Of a stretch of 64,000 nt of DNA, positions 12,270 through 26,000 are shown in pieces. Both the position numbers and the translations under genes were made by a program. Source of the DNA: Eledone cirrhosa (Eukaryota). The stretch is taken from NCBI GenBank assembly GCA_964016885.1, contig OZ024744.1, forward strand, positions 5,332,001 through 5,396,000. The letters run 5' to 3'. Under the pieces are notes generated by a model. That model had not been told where the DNA came from and searched no databases. It saw nothing but the letters and a program-made list of their open reading frames with translations. How positions within the stretch are numbered: position 1 is the first letter of the stretch; every line of letters starts with the position of its first letter.

Positions 12270-14200
12270 CAGAGGTCTATGTTGGTAGACAGTGGTGTTG
12301 GTAGCAGAGGTATATCTTGGTAGGCAGTGGTGTTGGTAGCAGAGCTCTATCTTGGTAGACAGTGGTGTTGGTAGCAGAGGTCTATCTTGGTAGACAGTGG
12401 TGTTGGTAGCAGAGGTCTTTCTTGGTAGACAGTGGTGTTGGTAGCAGAGGTCTATGTTGGTAGAAAGTGAGGTTGGTAGCAGAGGTCTATCTTGGTAGAC
12501 AATGAGGTTGGTAGCAGAGGTCTATGTTGGTAGACAGTGGTGTTGGTAGCATAGGTCTATCTTGGTAGACAGTGGTGTTGGTAGCAGAGGTCTATGTTGG
12601 TAGACAGTGGTGTTGGTAGTAGAGGTCTATCTTGGTAGACAGTGGTGTTGGTAGCAGATGTCTATCTTGGTAGACAGTGGTGTTGGTAGCAGAGGTCTAT
12701 CTTGGTAGACAGTGGTGTTGGTAGCAAATATCTATCTTGGTAGACAGTGTTGTTGGTAGCAGAGTTCTATGTTGGTAGACAGTGGTGTTGGTAGCAGAGG
12801 TCTATCTTGGTAGACAGTGAGGGTGGTTGCAGAGGTCTATGTTGGTAGACAGTGGTGTTGGTAGCAGAGGTCTATCTTGGTAGACAGTGAGGTTGGTATC
12901 ATAGGTCTATCTTGGTAGACAGTGAGGTTGGTAGCAGAGGTCTATGTTGGTAGACAGTGGTGTTGGTAGCATAGGTCTATCTTGGTAGACAGTGGTGTTG
13001 GTAGCAGAGGTCTATGTTGGTAGACAGTGGTGTTGGTAGTAGAGGTCTATCTTGGTAGACAGTGGTGTTGGTAGCAGATGTCTATCTTGGTAGACAGTGG
13101 TGTTGGTAGCAGAGGTCTATCTTGGTAGACAGTGGTGTTGGTAGCAGATATCTATCTTGGTAGACAGTGGTGTTCGTAGCAGAGGTCTATGTTGGTAGAC
13201 AGTGGTGTTGGTAGCAGAGGTCTATCTTGGTAGTCAGTGGTGTTGGTAGCAGAGGTCTATCTTGGTAGACAGTGGTGTTGGTAGCAGAGGTCTATGTTGG
13301 TAGACAGTGGTGTTGGTAGCAGAGGTATATCTTGGTAGGCAGTGGTGTTGGTAGCAGAGCTCTATCTTGGTAGACAGTGGTGTTGGTAGCAGAGGTCTAT
13401 CTTGGTAGACAGTGGTGTTGGTAGCAGACGTCTTTCTTTGTAGACAGTGGTGTTGGTAGCAGAGGTCTATGTTGGTAGAAAGTGAGGTTGGTAGCAGAGG
13501 TCTATCTTGGTAGACAATGAGGTTGGTAGCAGAGGTCTATGTTGGTAGACAGTGGTGTTGGTAGCATAGGTCTATCTTGGTAGACATTGGTGTTGGTAGC
13601 AGAGGTCTATGTTGGTAGACAGTGGTGTTGGTAGTAGAGGTCTATCTTGGTAGACATTGGTGTTGGTAGCAGATGTCTATCTTGGTAGACAGTGGTGTTG
13701 GTAGCAGAGGTCTATCTTGGTAGACAGTGGTGTTGGTAGCAAATATCTATCTTGGTAGACAGTGTTGTTGGTAGCAGAGGTCTATGTTGGTAGACAGTGG
13801 TGTTGGTAGCAGAGGTCTATCTTGGTAGACAGTGAGGGTGGTTGCAGAGGTCTATCTTGGTAGACAGTGGTGTTGGTAGCAGAGGTCTATCTTGGTAGAC
13901 AGTGAGGTTGGTATCAGAGGTCTATCTTGGTAGACAGTGAGGTTGGTAGCAGAGGTCTATGTTGGTAGACAGTGGTGTTGGTAGCATAGGTCTATCTTGG
14001 TAGACAGTGGTGTTGGTAGCAGAGGTCTATGTTGGTAGACAGTGGTGTTGGTAGTAGAGGTCTATCTTGGTAGACAGTGGTGTTGGTAGCAGATATCTAT
14101 CTTGGTAGACAGTGGTGTTCGTAGCAGAGGTCTATGTTGGTAGACAGTGGTGTTGGTAGCAGAGGTCTATCTTGGTAGTCAGTGGTGTTGGTAGCAGAGG
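12270..14200. repeat. ~1,015-bp (29-monomer) diverged tandem duplication; repeated at about 28050-29980
   Basis: Markers acaAtgagg 12502/13517 and gcaAatatc 12727/13742 are both at +1,015. Boundaries are approximate. Confidence 0.85.
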
Positions 14201-17200
14201 TCTATCTTGGTAGACAGTGGTGTTGGTAGCAGAGGTCTATCTTGGTAGACAGTGGTGTTGGTAGCAGAGGTCTATGTTGGTAGAAAGTGAGGTTGGTAGC
14301 AGAGGTCTATGTTGGTAGACAGTGGTGTTGGTAGCAGAGATCTATCTTGGTAGACAGTGGTGTTGGTAGAAGAGGTCTATGTTGGTAGACAGTGAGGTTG
14401 GTAGCAGAGGTTTATCTTGGCAGACAGTGAGGTTGGTAGCAGAGGTCTATCTTGGTAGACAGTGGTGTTGGTAGCAGAGGTCTATGTTGGTAGACAGTGG
14501 TGTTGGTAGCAGAGGTCTATCTTAGTAGACAGTGGTGTTGGTAGCAGAGGTCTATCTTGGTAGACAGTGAAGTTGGTAGCAGAGGTCTATCTTGGTAGAC
14601 AGTGAGGTTGGTAGCAGAGGTCTATCTTGGTAGACAGTGGTGTTGGTAGCAGAGGTCTATCTTGGTAGACAGTGAGGTTGGTAACAGAGGTCTATCTTGG
14701 TAGACAGTGGTGTTGTAGCAGAGGTCTATCTCGGTAGACAGTGAGGTTGGTAGCAGAGGTCTATGCTGGTAGACAGTGGTGTTGGTAGCAGAGGTCTATC
14801 TTGGTAGACAGTGGTGTTGGTAGCAGAGGTCTATCTTGGTAGACAGTGGTGTTGGTAGCAGAGGTCTATGTTGGTAGACAGTGAGGTTGCTAGCAGAGGT
14901 CTATCTTGGTAGACAGTGGTGTTGGTAGCAGAGGTCTATCTTGGTAGACAGTGAGGTTGGTATCAGAGGTCTATCTTGGTAGACAGTGGTGTTGGTAGCA
15001 GAGGTCTATGTTGGTAGACTGTGGTGTTGGTAGCAGAGGTCTATCTTGGTAGATAGTGAGGTTGGTAGTAGAGGTCTATGTTGGTAGACATTGGTGTTGG
15101 TAGCAGAGTTCTATCTTGGTAGACAGTGGTGTTGGTAATAGAGGTCTATCTTGGTAGACAGTGGTGTTGGTAGCAGATGTCTATCTTGGTAGACAGTGGT
15201 GTTGGTAGCAGAGGTCTATCTTGGTAGACAGTGGTGTTGGTAGCAGAAGTCGATCTTGGTAGACAGTGGTGTTGGTAGCAGAGGTCTATCTTGGTAGACA
15301 GTGGTGTTGGTAGCAGATGTCTATCTTGGTAGACAGTGGTGTTGGTAGCAGAGATCTATCTTGGTAGACAGTGGTGTTGGTAGCAGAGGTCGATCTTGGT
15401 AGACAGTGGTGTTGGTAGCAGAGGTCGATCTTGGTAGACAGTGGTGTTGGTAGCAGAGGTCTATCTTGGTAGACAGTGGTGTTGGTAGCAGAGGTCTATG
15501 TTGGTAGACAGTGGTGTTGGTAGCAGAGGTATATCTTGGTAGGCAGTGGTGTTGGTAGCAGAGCTCTATCTTGGTAGACAGTGGTGTTGGTAGCAGAGGT
15601 CTATCTTGGTAGACAGTGGTGTTGGTAGCAGAGGTCTTTCTTGGTAGACAGTGGTGTTGGTAGCAGAGGTCTATGTTGGTAGAAAGTGAGGTTGGTAGCA
15701 GAGGTCTATCTTGGTAGAAAGTGGTGTTGGTAGGAGAGGTCTATCTTGGTAGACAGTGGTGTTGGTAGCAGAGGTCTATCTTGGTAGACAGTGGTGTTGG
15801 TAGCAGAGGTCTATATTGGTAGACAGTGGTGTTGGTAGCAGATGTCTATCTTGGTAGACAGTGGTGTTGGTAGCAGAGGTCTATCTTGGTAGACAGTGGT
15901 GGTGGTAGCAGAGGTCTATCTTGTTAGACAGTGTTGTTGGTAGCAGAGGTCTATCTTAGTAGACAGTGGTGTTGGTAGCAGAGGTCTATCCTGGTAGACA
16001 GTGGTGTTGGTAGCAGAGGTCTATCTTGGTAGACAGTAGTGTTGGTAGCAGAGGTCTATCTTGGTAGACAGTGGTGTTGGTAGCTGAGGTCTAACTTGGT
16101 AGACAGTGGTGTTGGCAGCAGAGGTCTACCTTGGTAGACAGTGGTGTCGGTAGCAGAGCTCTATCCTGGTAGACAGTGGTGTTGGTAGCAGAGGTCTATC
16201 TTGGTAGACAGTGAGGTTGGTAGCAGAGGTCTATGTTGGTAGACAGTGGTGTCGGTAGCAGAGCTCTATCTTGGTAGACAGTGGTGTTGGTAGCAGAAGT
16301 CTAACTTGGTAGACAGTGAGGTTGGGAGCAGAGGTCTATGTTGGTAGACAGTGGTGTTGGTAGCAGAGGTCTATGTTGGTAGACAGTGAGGTTGGTAGCA
16401 GAGGTCTATCTTGGTAGACAGTGAAGTTGGTAGCAGAGGTCTATCTTGGTAGACAGTGAGGGTGGTAGCAGAGGTCTATCTTGGTAGACAGTGGTGTTCG
16501 TAGCAGAGGTCTATCTTGGTAGACAGTGGTGTTGGTAGCAGAGGTCTATCTTGGTAGACAGTGGTGTTGGTAGGAGAGGTTTATCTTGGTAGACAGTGGT
16601 GTTGGTAGCAGAGGTCTATGTTGGTAGACAGTGGTGTTGGTAGCAGAGGTATATCTTGGTAGGCAGTGGTGTTGGTAGCAGAGCTCTATCTTGGTAGACA
16701 GTGGTGTTGGTAGCAGAGGTCTATCTTGGTAGACAGTGGTGTTGGTAGCAGAGGTCTTTCTTGGTAGACAGTGGTGTTGGTAGCAGAGGTCTATGTTAGT
16801 AGAAAGTGAGGTTGGTAGCAAAGGTCTATCTTGGTAGACAGTGAGGGTGGTAGCAGAGGTCTATCTTGGTAGACAGAGGTGTTGGTAGCAGAGGTCTATC
16901 TTGGTACACAGTGAGGTTGGTATCAGAGGTCTATCTTGGTAGACAGTGAGGTCGGTAGCAGAGGTCTATGTTGGTAGACAGTGGTGTTGGTAGCATAGGT
17001 CTATCTTGGTAGACAGTGGTGTTGGTAGCAGAGGTCTATGTTGGTAGACAGTGGTGTTGGTAGTAGAGGTCTATCTTGGTAGACAGTGGTGTTGGTGGCA
17101 GATGTCTATCTTGGTAGACAGTGGTGTTGGTAGCAGAGGTCTATCTTGGTAGACAGTGGTGTTGGTAGCAAATATCTATCTTGGTAGACAGTGGTGTTGG

Positions 17201-17599
17201 TAGCAGAGGTCTATGTTGGTAGACAGTGGTGTTGGTAGCAGAGGTCTATCTTGGTAGACAGTGGTGTTGGTAGCAGAGGTCTATCTTGGTAGACAGTGGT
17301 GTTGGTAGCAGAGGTCTATCTTGGTAGACAGTGGTGTTGGTAGCAGAGGTCTATGTTGGTAGACAGTGGTGTTGGTAGCAGAGGTCTATGTTGGTAGACA
17401 GTGAGGTTGGTAGCAGAGGTCTATGTTGGTAGACAGTGGTGTTGGTAGCAGAGGTCTATCTTGGTAGACAGTGGTGTTGGTAGAAGAGGTCTATGTTGGT
17501 AGACAGTGAGGTTGGTAGCAGAGGTCTATCTTGGTAGACAGTGAGGTTGGTAGCAGAGGTCTATCTTGGTAGACAGTGGTGGTGGTAGCAGAGGTCTAT

Positions 17600-17950
17600 C
17601 TTGGTAGACAGTGGTGTTGGTAGCCGAGGTCTATCTTGGTAGACAATCAGGGTGGTAGCAGAGGTCTATGTTGGTAGACAGTGGTGTTGGTAGCAGAGGT
17701 CTATGTTGGTAGACAGTGGTGTTGGTAGCAGAGGTCTATCTTGGTAGACAGTGGTGTTGGTAGCAGAGGTCTATCTTGGTAGACAGTGGTGTTGGTAGCC
17801 GAGGCCTATCTTGGTAGACAATCAGGGTGGTAGCAGAGGTCTATGTTGGTAGACAGTGGTGTTGGTAGCAGAGGTCTATGTTGGTAGACAGTGGTGTTGG
17901 TAGCAGAGGTCTATCTTGGTAGACAGTGGTGTTGGTAGCAGAGGTCTATC
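17600..17950. repeat. 175-bp (5-monomer) local duplication marked by gccgagg...caatcagggtgg
   Basis: Marker at 17646 and 17821. The same pair recurs near 33420/33600, 38635/38810, 44966/45141, 50180/50355, 56511/56686 and 59871/60046. Confidence 0.88.
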
Positions 17951-20067
17951 TTGGTAGACAGTGGTGTTGGTAGTAGAGGTATATCTTGGTAGACAGTGGT
18001 GTTGGTAGCAGATGTCTATCTTGGTAGACAGTGGTGTTGGTAGCAGAGGTCTATCTTGGTAGACAGTGGTGGTGGTAGCAAGGTCTATGTTGGTAGACAG
18101 TGGTGTTGGTAGCAGAGGTCTATCTTGGTAGACAGTGATGTTGGTAACAGATGTCTATCTTGGTAGACAGTGGTGTTGGTAGCAGAGGTCTATCTTGGTA
18201 GACAGTGATGTTGGTAGCAGATGTCTATCTTGGTAGTCAGTGGTGTTGGTAGCAGAGGTCTATGTTGGTAGACAGTCGTGTTGGTAGCAGAGGTCTATCT
18301 TGGTAGGCAGTGGTGTTGGTAGCAGAGGTCTATCTTGGTAGACAGTGGTGTTGGTAGCAGAGGTCTATCTTGGTAGACAGTGGTGTTGGTAGCAGAGGTC
18401 TATCTTGGTAGACAGTGGTGTTGGAAGCAGAGGTCTATCTTGGTAGACAGTGGTGTTGGTAGCAGAGGTCTATCTTGGTTGACAGTGGTATTGGTAGCAG
18501 AGGTCTATCTTAGTAGACAGTGGTGTTGGTAACAGAGGTCTATCTTGGTAGACAGTGGTGTTGGTAGCAGAGGTATATCTTGGTAGACAGTGGTGTTGGT
18601 AGCAGAATCTATCTTGGTAGACAGTGGTGTTAGTCGCAGAGGCCTATCTTGGTAGACAGTGAGGTTGGTAGCAGAGGTCTATCTTGGTAGACAGTGGTGT
18701 TGGTAGCAGAGGTCTATCTTGGTAGACAGTGATGTTGGTAGAAGAGGTCTATGTTGGTAGAAAGTGAGGTTGATAGCAGAGGTCTATCTTGGTAGACAGT
18801 GGTGTTGGTAGCAGAGGTTTATATTGGTAGACAGTGGTGTTGGTAGCAGAGGTTTATCTTGGTAGACATTGAGGTTGGTAGCAGAGGTCTATCTTGGTAG
18901 ACAGTGGTGTTGGTAGCAGAGGTCTATGTTGGTAGACAGTGGTGTTGGTAGCAGAAGTCTATCTTGGTAGACAGTGGTGTTGGTAGCAGAGGTCTATATT
19001 GGTAGACAGTGGTGTTGGTAGCAGAGGTCTATCTTGGTAGACAGTGAGGTTGGTAGCAGAGGTCTATCTTCGTAGACAGTGAGGTTGGTAGCAGAGGTCT
19101 ATCTTGGTAGACAGTGGTGTTGGTAGCAGAGGTCTATGTTGGTAGACAGTGAGGTTGGTAGCAGAGGTCTATCTTGGTAGACAGTGAAGTTGGTAGCAGA
19201 GGTCTATCTTGGTAGACAGTGAGGGTGGTAGCAGAGGTCTATCTTGGTAGACAGTGGTGTTCGTAGCAGAGGTCTATCTTGGTAGACAGCGGTGTTGGTA
19301 GCAGAGGTCTATCTTGGTAGACAGTGAGGTTGGTAGCAGAGGTCTATCTTGGTAGACAGTGGTGTTGGTAGCAGAGGTCTATCTTGGTAGACAGTGGGGT
19401 GGGTAGCAGAGGTCTATCTTGGTAGACAGTGGTGTTGGTAGCAGAGGTCTATATTGGTAGACAGTGGTGTTGGTAGCAGAGGTCTATGTTGGTAGACAGT
19501 GGTGTTGGTAGCAGAGGTTAATCTTGGTAGACAGTGGTGTTGGTAGCAGAGGTCTATCTTGGTAGACAGTGGTGTTGGTAGCAGAGATCTATCTTGGTAG
19601 ACAGTAGTGTTGGTAGCAGAGGTCTATGTTGGTAGACAGTGGTGTTTGTAGCAGAGGTCTATGTTGGTAGACAGTGGTGTTGGAAGCAGAGGTCTATCTT
19701 AGTAGACAGTGGTGTTGGTACATAGGTCTATGTTGGTAGACAGTGAGGTTGGTAGCAGAGGTCTATATTGGTAGACAGTGAGGTTGGTAGCAGAGGTCTA
19801 TCTTGGTAGACAGTGAGGTTGGTAGCAGAGCTCTATCTTGGTAGAAAGTGGTGTTGGTAGCAGAGGTCTATGTTGGTAGACAGTGGTGTTGGTAGCAGAG
19901 GTTTATTTTGGTAGACAGTGGTGTTGGTAGCAGAGGTCTATGTTGGTAGACAGTGGTGTTGGTAGCAGAGGTATATCTTGGTAGGCAGTGGTGTTGGTAG
20001 CAGAGCTCTATCTTGGTAGACAGTGGTGTTGGTAGCAGAGGTCTTTCTTGGTAGACAGTGGTGTTGC

Positions 20068-23000
20068 TAGCAGAGGTCTATCTTGGTAGACAGTGAGGGT
20101 GGTAGCAGAGGTCTATCTTGGTAGACAGTGGTGTTCGTAGCAGAGGTCTATCTTGGTAGACAGTGGTGTTGGTAGCAGAGGTCTATCTTGGTAGACAGTG
20201 AGGTTGGTAGCAGAGGTCTATCTTGGTAGACAGTGGTGTTGGTAGCAGAGGTCTATCTTGGTAGACAGTGGGGTGGGTAGCAGAGGTCTATCTTGGTAGA
20301 CAGTGGTGTTGGTAGCAGAGGTCTATCTTGGTAGACAGTGGTGTTGGTAGCAGAGGTCTATGTTGGTAGACAGTGGTGTTGGTAGCAGAGGTTAATCTTG
20401 GTAGACAGTGGTGTTGGTAGCAGAGGTCTATCTTGGTAGACAGTGGTGTTGGTAGCAGAGATCTATCTTGGTAGACAGTAGTGTTGGTAGCAGAGGTCTA
20501 TGTTGGTAGACAGTGGTGTTTGTAGCAGAGGTCTATGTTGGTAGACAGTGGTGTTGGAAGCAGAGGTCTATCTTAGTAGACAGTGGTGTTGGTACATAGG
20601 TCTATGTTGGTAGACAGTGAGGTTGGTAGCAGAGGTCTATATTGGTAGACAGTGAGGTTGGTAGCAGAGGTCTATCTTGGTAGACAGTGAGGTTGGTAGC
20701 AGAGCTCTATCTTGGTAGAAAGTGGTGTTGGTAGCAGAGGTCTATGTTGGTAGACAGTGGTGTTGGTAGCAGAGGTTTATCTTGGTAGACAGTGGTGTTG
20801 GTAGCAGAGGTCTATGTTGGTAGACAGTGGTGTTGGTAGCAGAGGTATATCTTGGTAGGCAGTGGTGTTGGTAGCAGAGCTCTATCTTGGTAGACAGTGG
20901 TGTTGGTAGCAGAGGTCTTTCTTGGTAGACAGTGGTGTTGCTAGCATAGGTCTATGTTGGTAGAAAGTGAGGTTGGTAGCTGAGGTCTATGTTGGTAGAC
21001 AGTGGTGTTGGTAGCAGAAGTCTATCTTGGTAGACAGTGAGGTTGGTAGCAGAGGTCTATCTTGGTAGACATTGGTGTTGGTAGCAGAGGTCTATCTTGG
21101 TAGACAGTGGTGTTGGTAGCAGAGGTCTATCTTGGTAGACAGTGGTGTTGGTAGCAGAGGTCTATCTTGGTAGACAGTGGTGTTGGTAGCAGAGGTCTAT
21201 CTTGGTAGACAGTGGTGTTGCTAGCAGAGGTCTATCTTGGTAGACAGTGGTGTTGGTAGCAAAGGTCTATGTTGGTAGACAGTGAGGTTGGTAGCAGAGG
21301 TCTATCTTGGTAGACAGTGAGGGTGGTTGCAGAGGTCTATCTTGGTAGACAGTGGTGTTGGTAGCAGAGGTCTATCTTGGTAGACAGTGAGGTTGGTATC
21401 AGAGGTCTATCTTGGTAGACAGTGAGGTTGGTAGCAGAGGTCTATGTTGGTAGACAGTGGTGTTGGTAGCATAGGTCTATCTTGGTAGACAGTGGTGTTG
21501 GTAGCAGAGGTCTATGTTGGTAGACAGTGGTGTTGGTAGTAGAGGTCTATCTTGGTAGACAGTGGTGTTGGTAGCAGATGTCTATCTTGGTAGACAGTGG
21601 TGTTGGTAGCAGAGGTCTATCTTGGTAGACAGTGGTATTGGTAGCAGATATCTATCTTGGTAGACAGTGGTGTTGGTAGCAGAGGTCTATGTTGGTAGAC
21701 AGTGGTGTTGGTAGCAGTGGTCTATCTTGGTAGTCAGTGGTGTTGGTAGCAGAGGTCTATCTCGGTAGACAGTGGTGTTGGTAGCAGAGGTCTATGTTGG
21801 TAGACAGTGAGGTTGGTAGCAGAGGTCTATCTTGGTAGACAGTGGTGTTGGTAGAAGAGATCTATGTTGGTAGACAGTGAGGTTGGTAGCAGAGGTTTAT
21901 CTTGGCAGACAGTGAGGTTGGTAGCAGAGGTCTATCTTGGTAGACAGTGGTGTTGGTAGCAGAGGTCTATCTTGGTAGACAGTGAGGTTGGTAGCAGATG
22001 TCTATCTTGGTAGACAGTGGTGTTGGTAGCAGAGATCTATCTTGGTAGACAGTGAGGTTGGTAGCAGAGGTCTATCTTGGTAGACAGTGGTGTTGGTAGC
22101 AGAGGTCTATCTTGGTAGACAGTGGTGTTGGTAGCAGAGGTCTATGTTGGTAGACAGTGGTGTTGATAGCAGAGGTTAATCTTGGTAGACAGTGGTGTTG
22201 GTAGCAGAGGTCTATCTTGGTAGACAGTGGTGTTGGTAGCAGAGGTCTATCTTGGTAGACAGTGGTGTTGGTAGCAGAGGTCTATGTTGGTAGACAGTGG
22301 TGTTTGTAGCAGAGGACTATGTTGGTAGACAGTGGTGTTGGTAGCAGAGGTCTATCTTGGTAGACATTGAGGTTGGTAGCAGAGGTCTATCTTGGTAGAC
22401 AGTGGTGTTGGTAGCAGAGATCTATGTTGGTAGACAGTGGTGTTGGTAGCAGAGGTCTATCTTAGTAGACAGGTGTGTTGGTAGCAGAGGTCTATCTTGG
22501 TAGACAGTGAAGTTGGTAGCAGAGGTCTATCTTGGTAGACAGTGAGGTTGGTAGCAGAGGTCTATCTTGGTAGACAGTGGTGTTGGTAGCAGAGGTCTAT
22601 CTTGGTAGACAGTGAGGTTGGTAACAGAGGTCTATCTTGGTAGACAGTGGTGTTGTAGCAGAGGTCTATCTCGGTAGACAGTGAGGTTGGTAGCAGAGGT
22701 CTATGCTGGTAGACAGTGGTGTTGGTAGCAGAGGTCTATCTTGGTAGACAGTGGTGTTGGTAGCAGAGGTCTATCTTGGTAGACAGTGGTGTTGGTAGCA
22801 GAGGTCTATGTTGGTAGACAGTGAGGTTGCTAGCAGAGGTCTATCTTGGTAGACAGTGGTGTTGGTAGCAGAGGTCTATCTTGGTAGACAGTGAGGTTGG
22901 TATCAGAGGTCTATCTTGGTAGACAGTGGTGTTGGTAGCAGAGGTCTATGTTGGTAGACAGTGGTGTTGGTAGCAGAGGTCTATCTTGGTAGATAGTGAG

Positions 23001-26000
23001 GTTGGTAGTAGAGGTCTATGTTGGTAGACATTGGTGTTGGTAGCAGAGTTCTATCTTGGTAGACAGTGGTGTTGGTAGCAGAGGTCTATGTTGGTAGACA
23101 GTGGTGTTGGTAATAGAGGTCTATCTTGGTAGACAGTGGTGTTGGTAGCAGATGTCTATCTTGGTAGACAGTGGTGTTGGTAGCAGAGGTCTATCTTGGT
23201 AGACAGTGGTGTTGGTAGCAGAGGTCGATCTTGGTAGACAGTGGTGTTGGTAGCAGAGGTCTATCTTGGTAGACAGTGGTGTTGGTAGCAGATGTCTATC
23301 TTGGTAGACAGTGGTGTTGGTAGCAGAGATCTATCTTGGTAGACAGTGGTGTTGGTAGCAGAGGTCGATCTTGGTAGACAGTGGTGTTGGTAGCAGAGGT
23401 CGATCTTGGTAGACAGTGGTGTTGGTAGCAGAGGTCTATCTTGGTAGACAGTGGTGTTGGTAGCAGAGGTCTATGTTGGTAGACAGTGGTGTTGGTAGCA
23501 GAGGTATATCTTGGTAGGCAGTGGTGTTGGTAGCAGAGCTCTATCTTGGTAGACAGTGGTGTTGGTAGCAGAGGTCTATCTTGGTAGACAGTGGTGTTGG
23601 TAGCAGAGGTCTTTCTTGGTAGACAGTGGTGTTGGTAGCAGAGGTCTATGTTGGTAGAAAGTGAGGTTGGTAGCAGAGGTCTATCTTGGTAGAAAGTGGT
23701 GTTGGTAGGAGAGGTCTATCTTGGTAGACAGTGGTGTTGGTAGCAGAGGTCTATCTTGGTAGACAGTGGTGTTGGTAGCAGAGGTCTATATTGGTAGACA
23801 GTGGTGTTGGTAGCAGATGTCTATCTTGGTAGACAGTGGTGTTGGTAGCAGAGGTCTATCTTGGTAGACAGTGGTGGTGGTAGCAGAGGTCTATCTTGTT
23901 AGACAGTGTTGTTGGTAGCAGAGGTCTATCTTAGTAGACAGTGGTGTTGGTAGCAGAGGTCTATCCTGGTAGACAGTGGTGTTGGTAGCAGAGGTCTATC
24001 TTGGTAGACAGTAGTGTTGGTAGCAGAGGTCTATCTTGGTAGACAGTGGTGTTGGTAGCTGAGGTCTAACTTGGTAGACAGTGGTGTTGGTAGCAGAGGT
24101 CTATCTTAGTAGACAGTGGTGTTGGTAGCAGAGGTCTACCTTGGTAGACAGTGGTGTCGGTAGCAGAGCTCTATCCTGGTAGACAGTGGTGTTGGTAGCA
24201 GAGGTCTATCTTGGTAGACAGTGAGGTTGGTAGCAGAGGTCTATGTTGGTAGACAGTGGTGTCGGTAGCAGAGCTCTATCTTGGTAGACAGTGGTGTTGG
24301 TAGCAGAAGTCTATCTTGGTAGACAGTGAGGTTGGGAGCAGAGGTCTATGTTGGTAGACAGTGGTGTTGGTAGCAGAGGTCTATCTTGGTAGACAGTGGT
24401 GTTGGTAGGAGAGGTTTATCTTGGTAGACAGTGGTGTTGGTAGCAGAGGTCTATGTTGGTAGACAGTGGTGTTGGTAGCAGAGGTATATCTTGGTAGGCA
24501 GTGGTGTTGGTAGCAGAGCTCTATCTTGGTAGACAGTGGTGTTGGTAGCAGAGGTCTATCTTGGTAGACAGTGGTGTTGGTAGCAGAGGTCTATGTTAGT
24601 AGAAAGTGAGGTTGGTAGCAGAGGTCTATCTTGGTAGACAGTGAGGGTGGTAGCAGAGGTCTATCTTGGTAAACAGAGGTGTTGGTAGCAGAGGTCTATC
24701 TTGGTAGACAGTGAGGTTGGTATCAGAGGTCTATCTTGGTAGACAGTGAGGTTGGTAGCAGAGGTCTATGTTGGTAGACAGTGGTGTTGGTAGCATAGGT
24801 CTATCTTGGTAGACAGTGGTGTTGGTAGCAGAGGTCTATGTTGGTAGACAGTGGTGTTGGTAGTAGAGGTCTATCTTGGTAGACAGTGGTGTTGGTAGCA
24901 GATGTCTATCTTGGTAGACAGTGGTGTTGGTAGCAGAGGTCTATCTTGGTAGACAGTGGTGTTGGTAGCAAATATCTATCTTGGTAGACAGTGGTGTTGG
25001 TAGCAGAGGTCTATGTTGGTAGACAGTGGTGTTGGTAGCAGAGGTCTATCTTGGTAGACAGTGGTGTTGGTAGCAGAGGTCTATCTTGGTAGACAGTGGT
25101 GTTGGTAGCAGAGGTCTATCTTGGTAGACAGTGGTGTTGGTAGCAGAGGTCTATCTTGGTAGACAGTGGTGTTGGTAGCAGAGGTCTATGTTGGTAGACA
25201 GTGAGGTTGGTAGCAGAGGTCTATGTTGGTAGACAGTGGTGTTGGTAGCAGAGGTCTATCTTGGTAGACAGTGGTGTTGGTAGAAGAGGTCTATGTTGGT
25301 AGACAGTGAGGTTGGTAGCAGAGGTCTATCTTGGTAGACAGTGAAGTTGGTAGCAGAGGTCTATCTTGGTAGACAGTGAGGGTGGTAGCAGAGGTCTATC
25401 TTGGTAGACAGTGGTGTTCGTAGCAGAGGTCTATCTTGGTAGACAGTGGTGTTGGTAGCAGAGGTCTAACTTGGTAGACAGTGAGGTTGGTAGCAGAGGT
25501 CTATCTTGGTAGACAGTGGTGTTGGTAGCAGAGGTCTATCTTGGTAGACAGTGGGGTGGGTAGCAGAGGTCTATGTTGGTAGACAGTGGTGTTGGTAGCA
25601 GAGGTCTATGTTGGTAGACAGTGGTGTTGGTAGCAGAGGTCTATGTTGGTAGACAGTGGTGTTGGTAGCAGAGGTTAATCTTGGTAGACAGTGGTGTTGG
25701 TAGCAGAGATCTATCTTGGTAGACAGTAGTGTTGGTAGCAGAGGTCTATGTTGGTAGACAGTGGTGTTTGTAGCAGAGGTCTATGTTGGTAGACAGTGGT
25801 GTTGGAAGCAGAGGTCTATCTTAGTAGACAGTGGTGTTGGTACAGAGGTCTATGTTGGTAGACAGTGAGGTTGGTAGCAGAGGTCTATATTGGTAGACAG
25901 TGAGGTTGGTAGCAGAGGTATATCTTGGTAGACAGTGAGGTTGGTAGCAGAGCTCTATCTTGGTAGACAGTGGTGTTGGTAGCAGAGGTCTATCTTGGTA

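Larger units (their letters stand above)
4291..20067. repeat. 15,777-bp tandem duplication, copy 1 (451 monomers)
   Basis: Rare markers recur at +15,777: ggtaCat 4818/20595, ggtaCag 10066/25843, ttAgtcgc 18632/34409, ORF 16546/32323. 451x35 minus 8 counted deletions = 15,777. Confidence 0.95.

Noticed and set aside
16546-16821. 91-aa minus-strand ORF
   Set aside because: It is a translation of the repeat. The minus strand has one TAG per monomer (in frame every 105 nt), and two variants happen to convert it to AAG and TAT while another supplies the ATG. There is no gene context.
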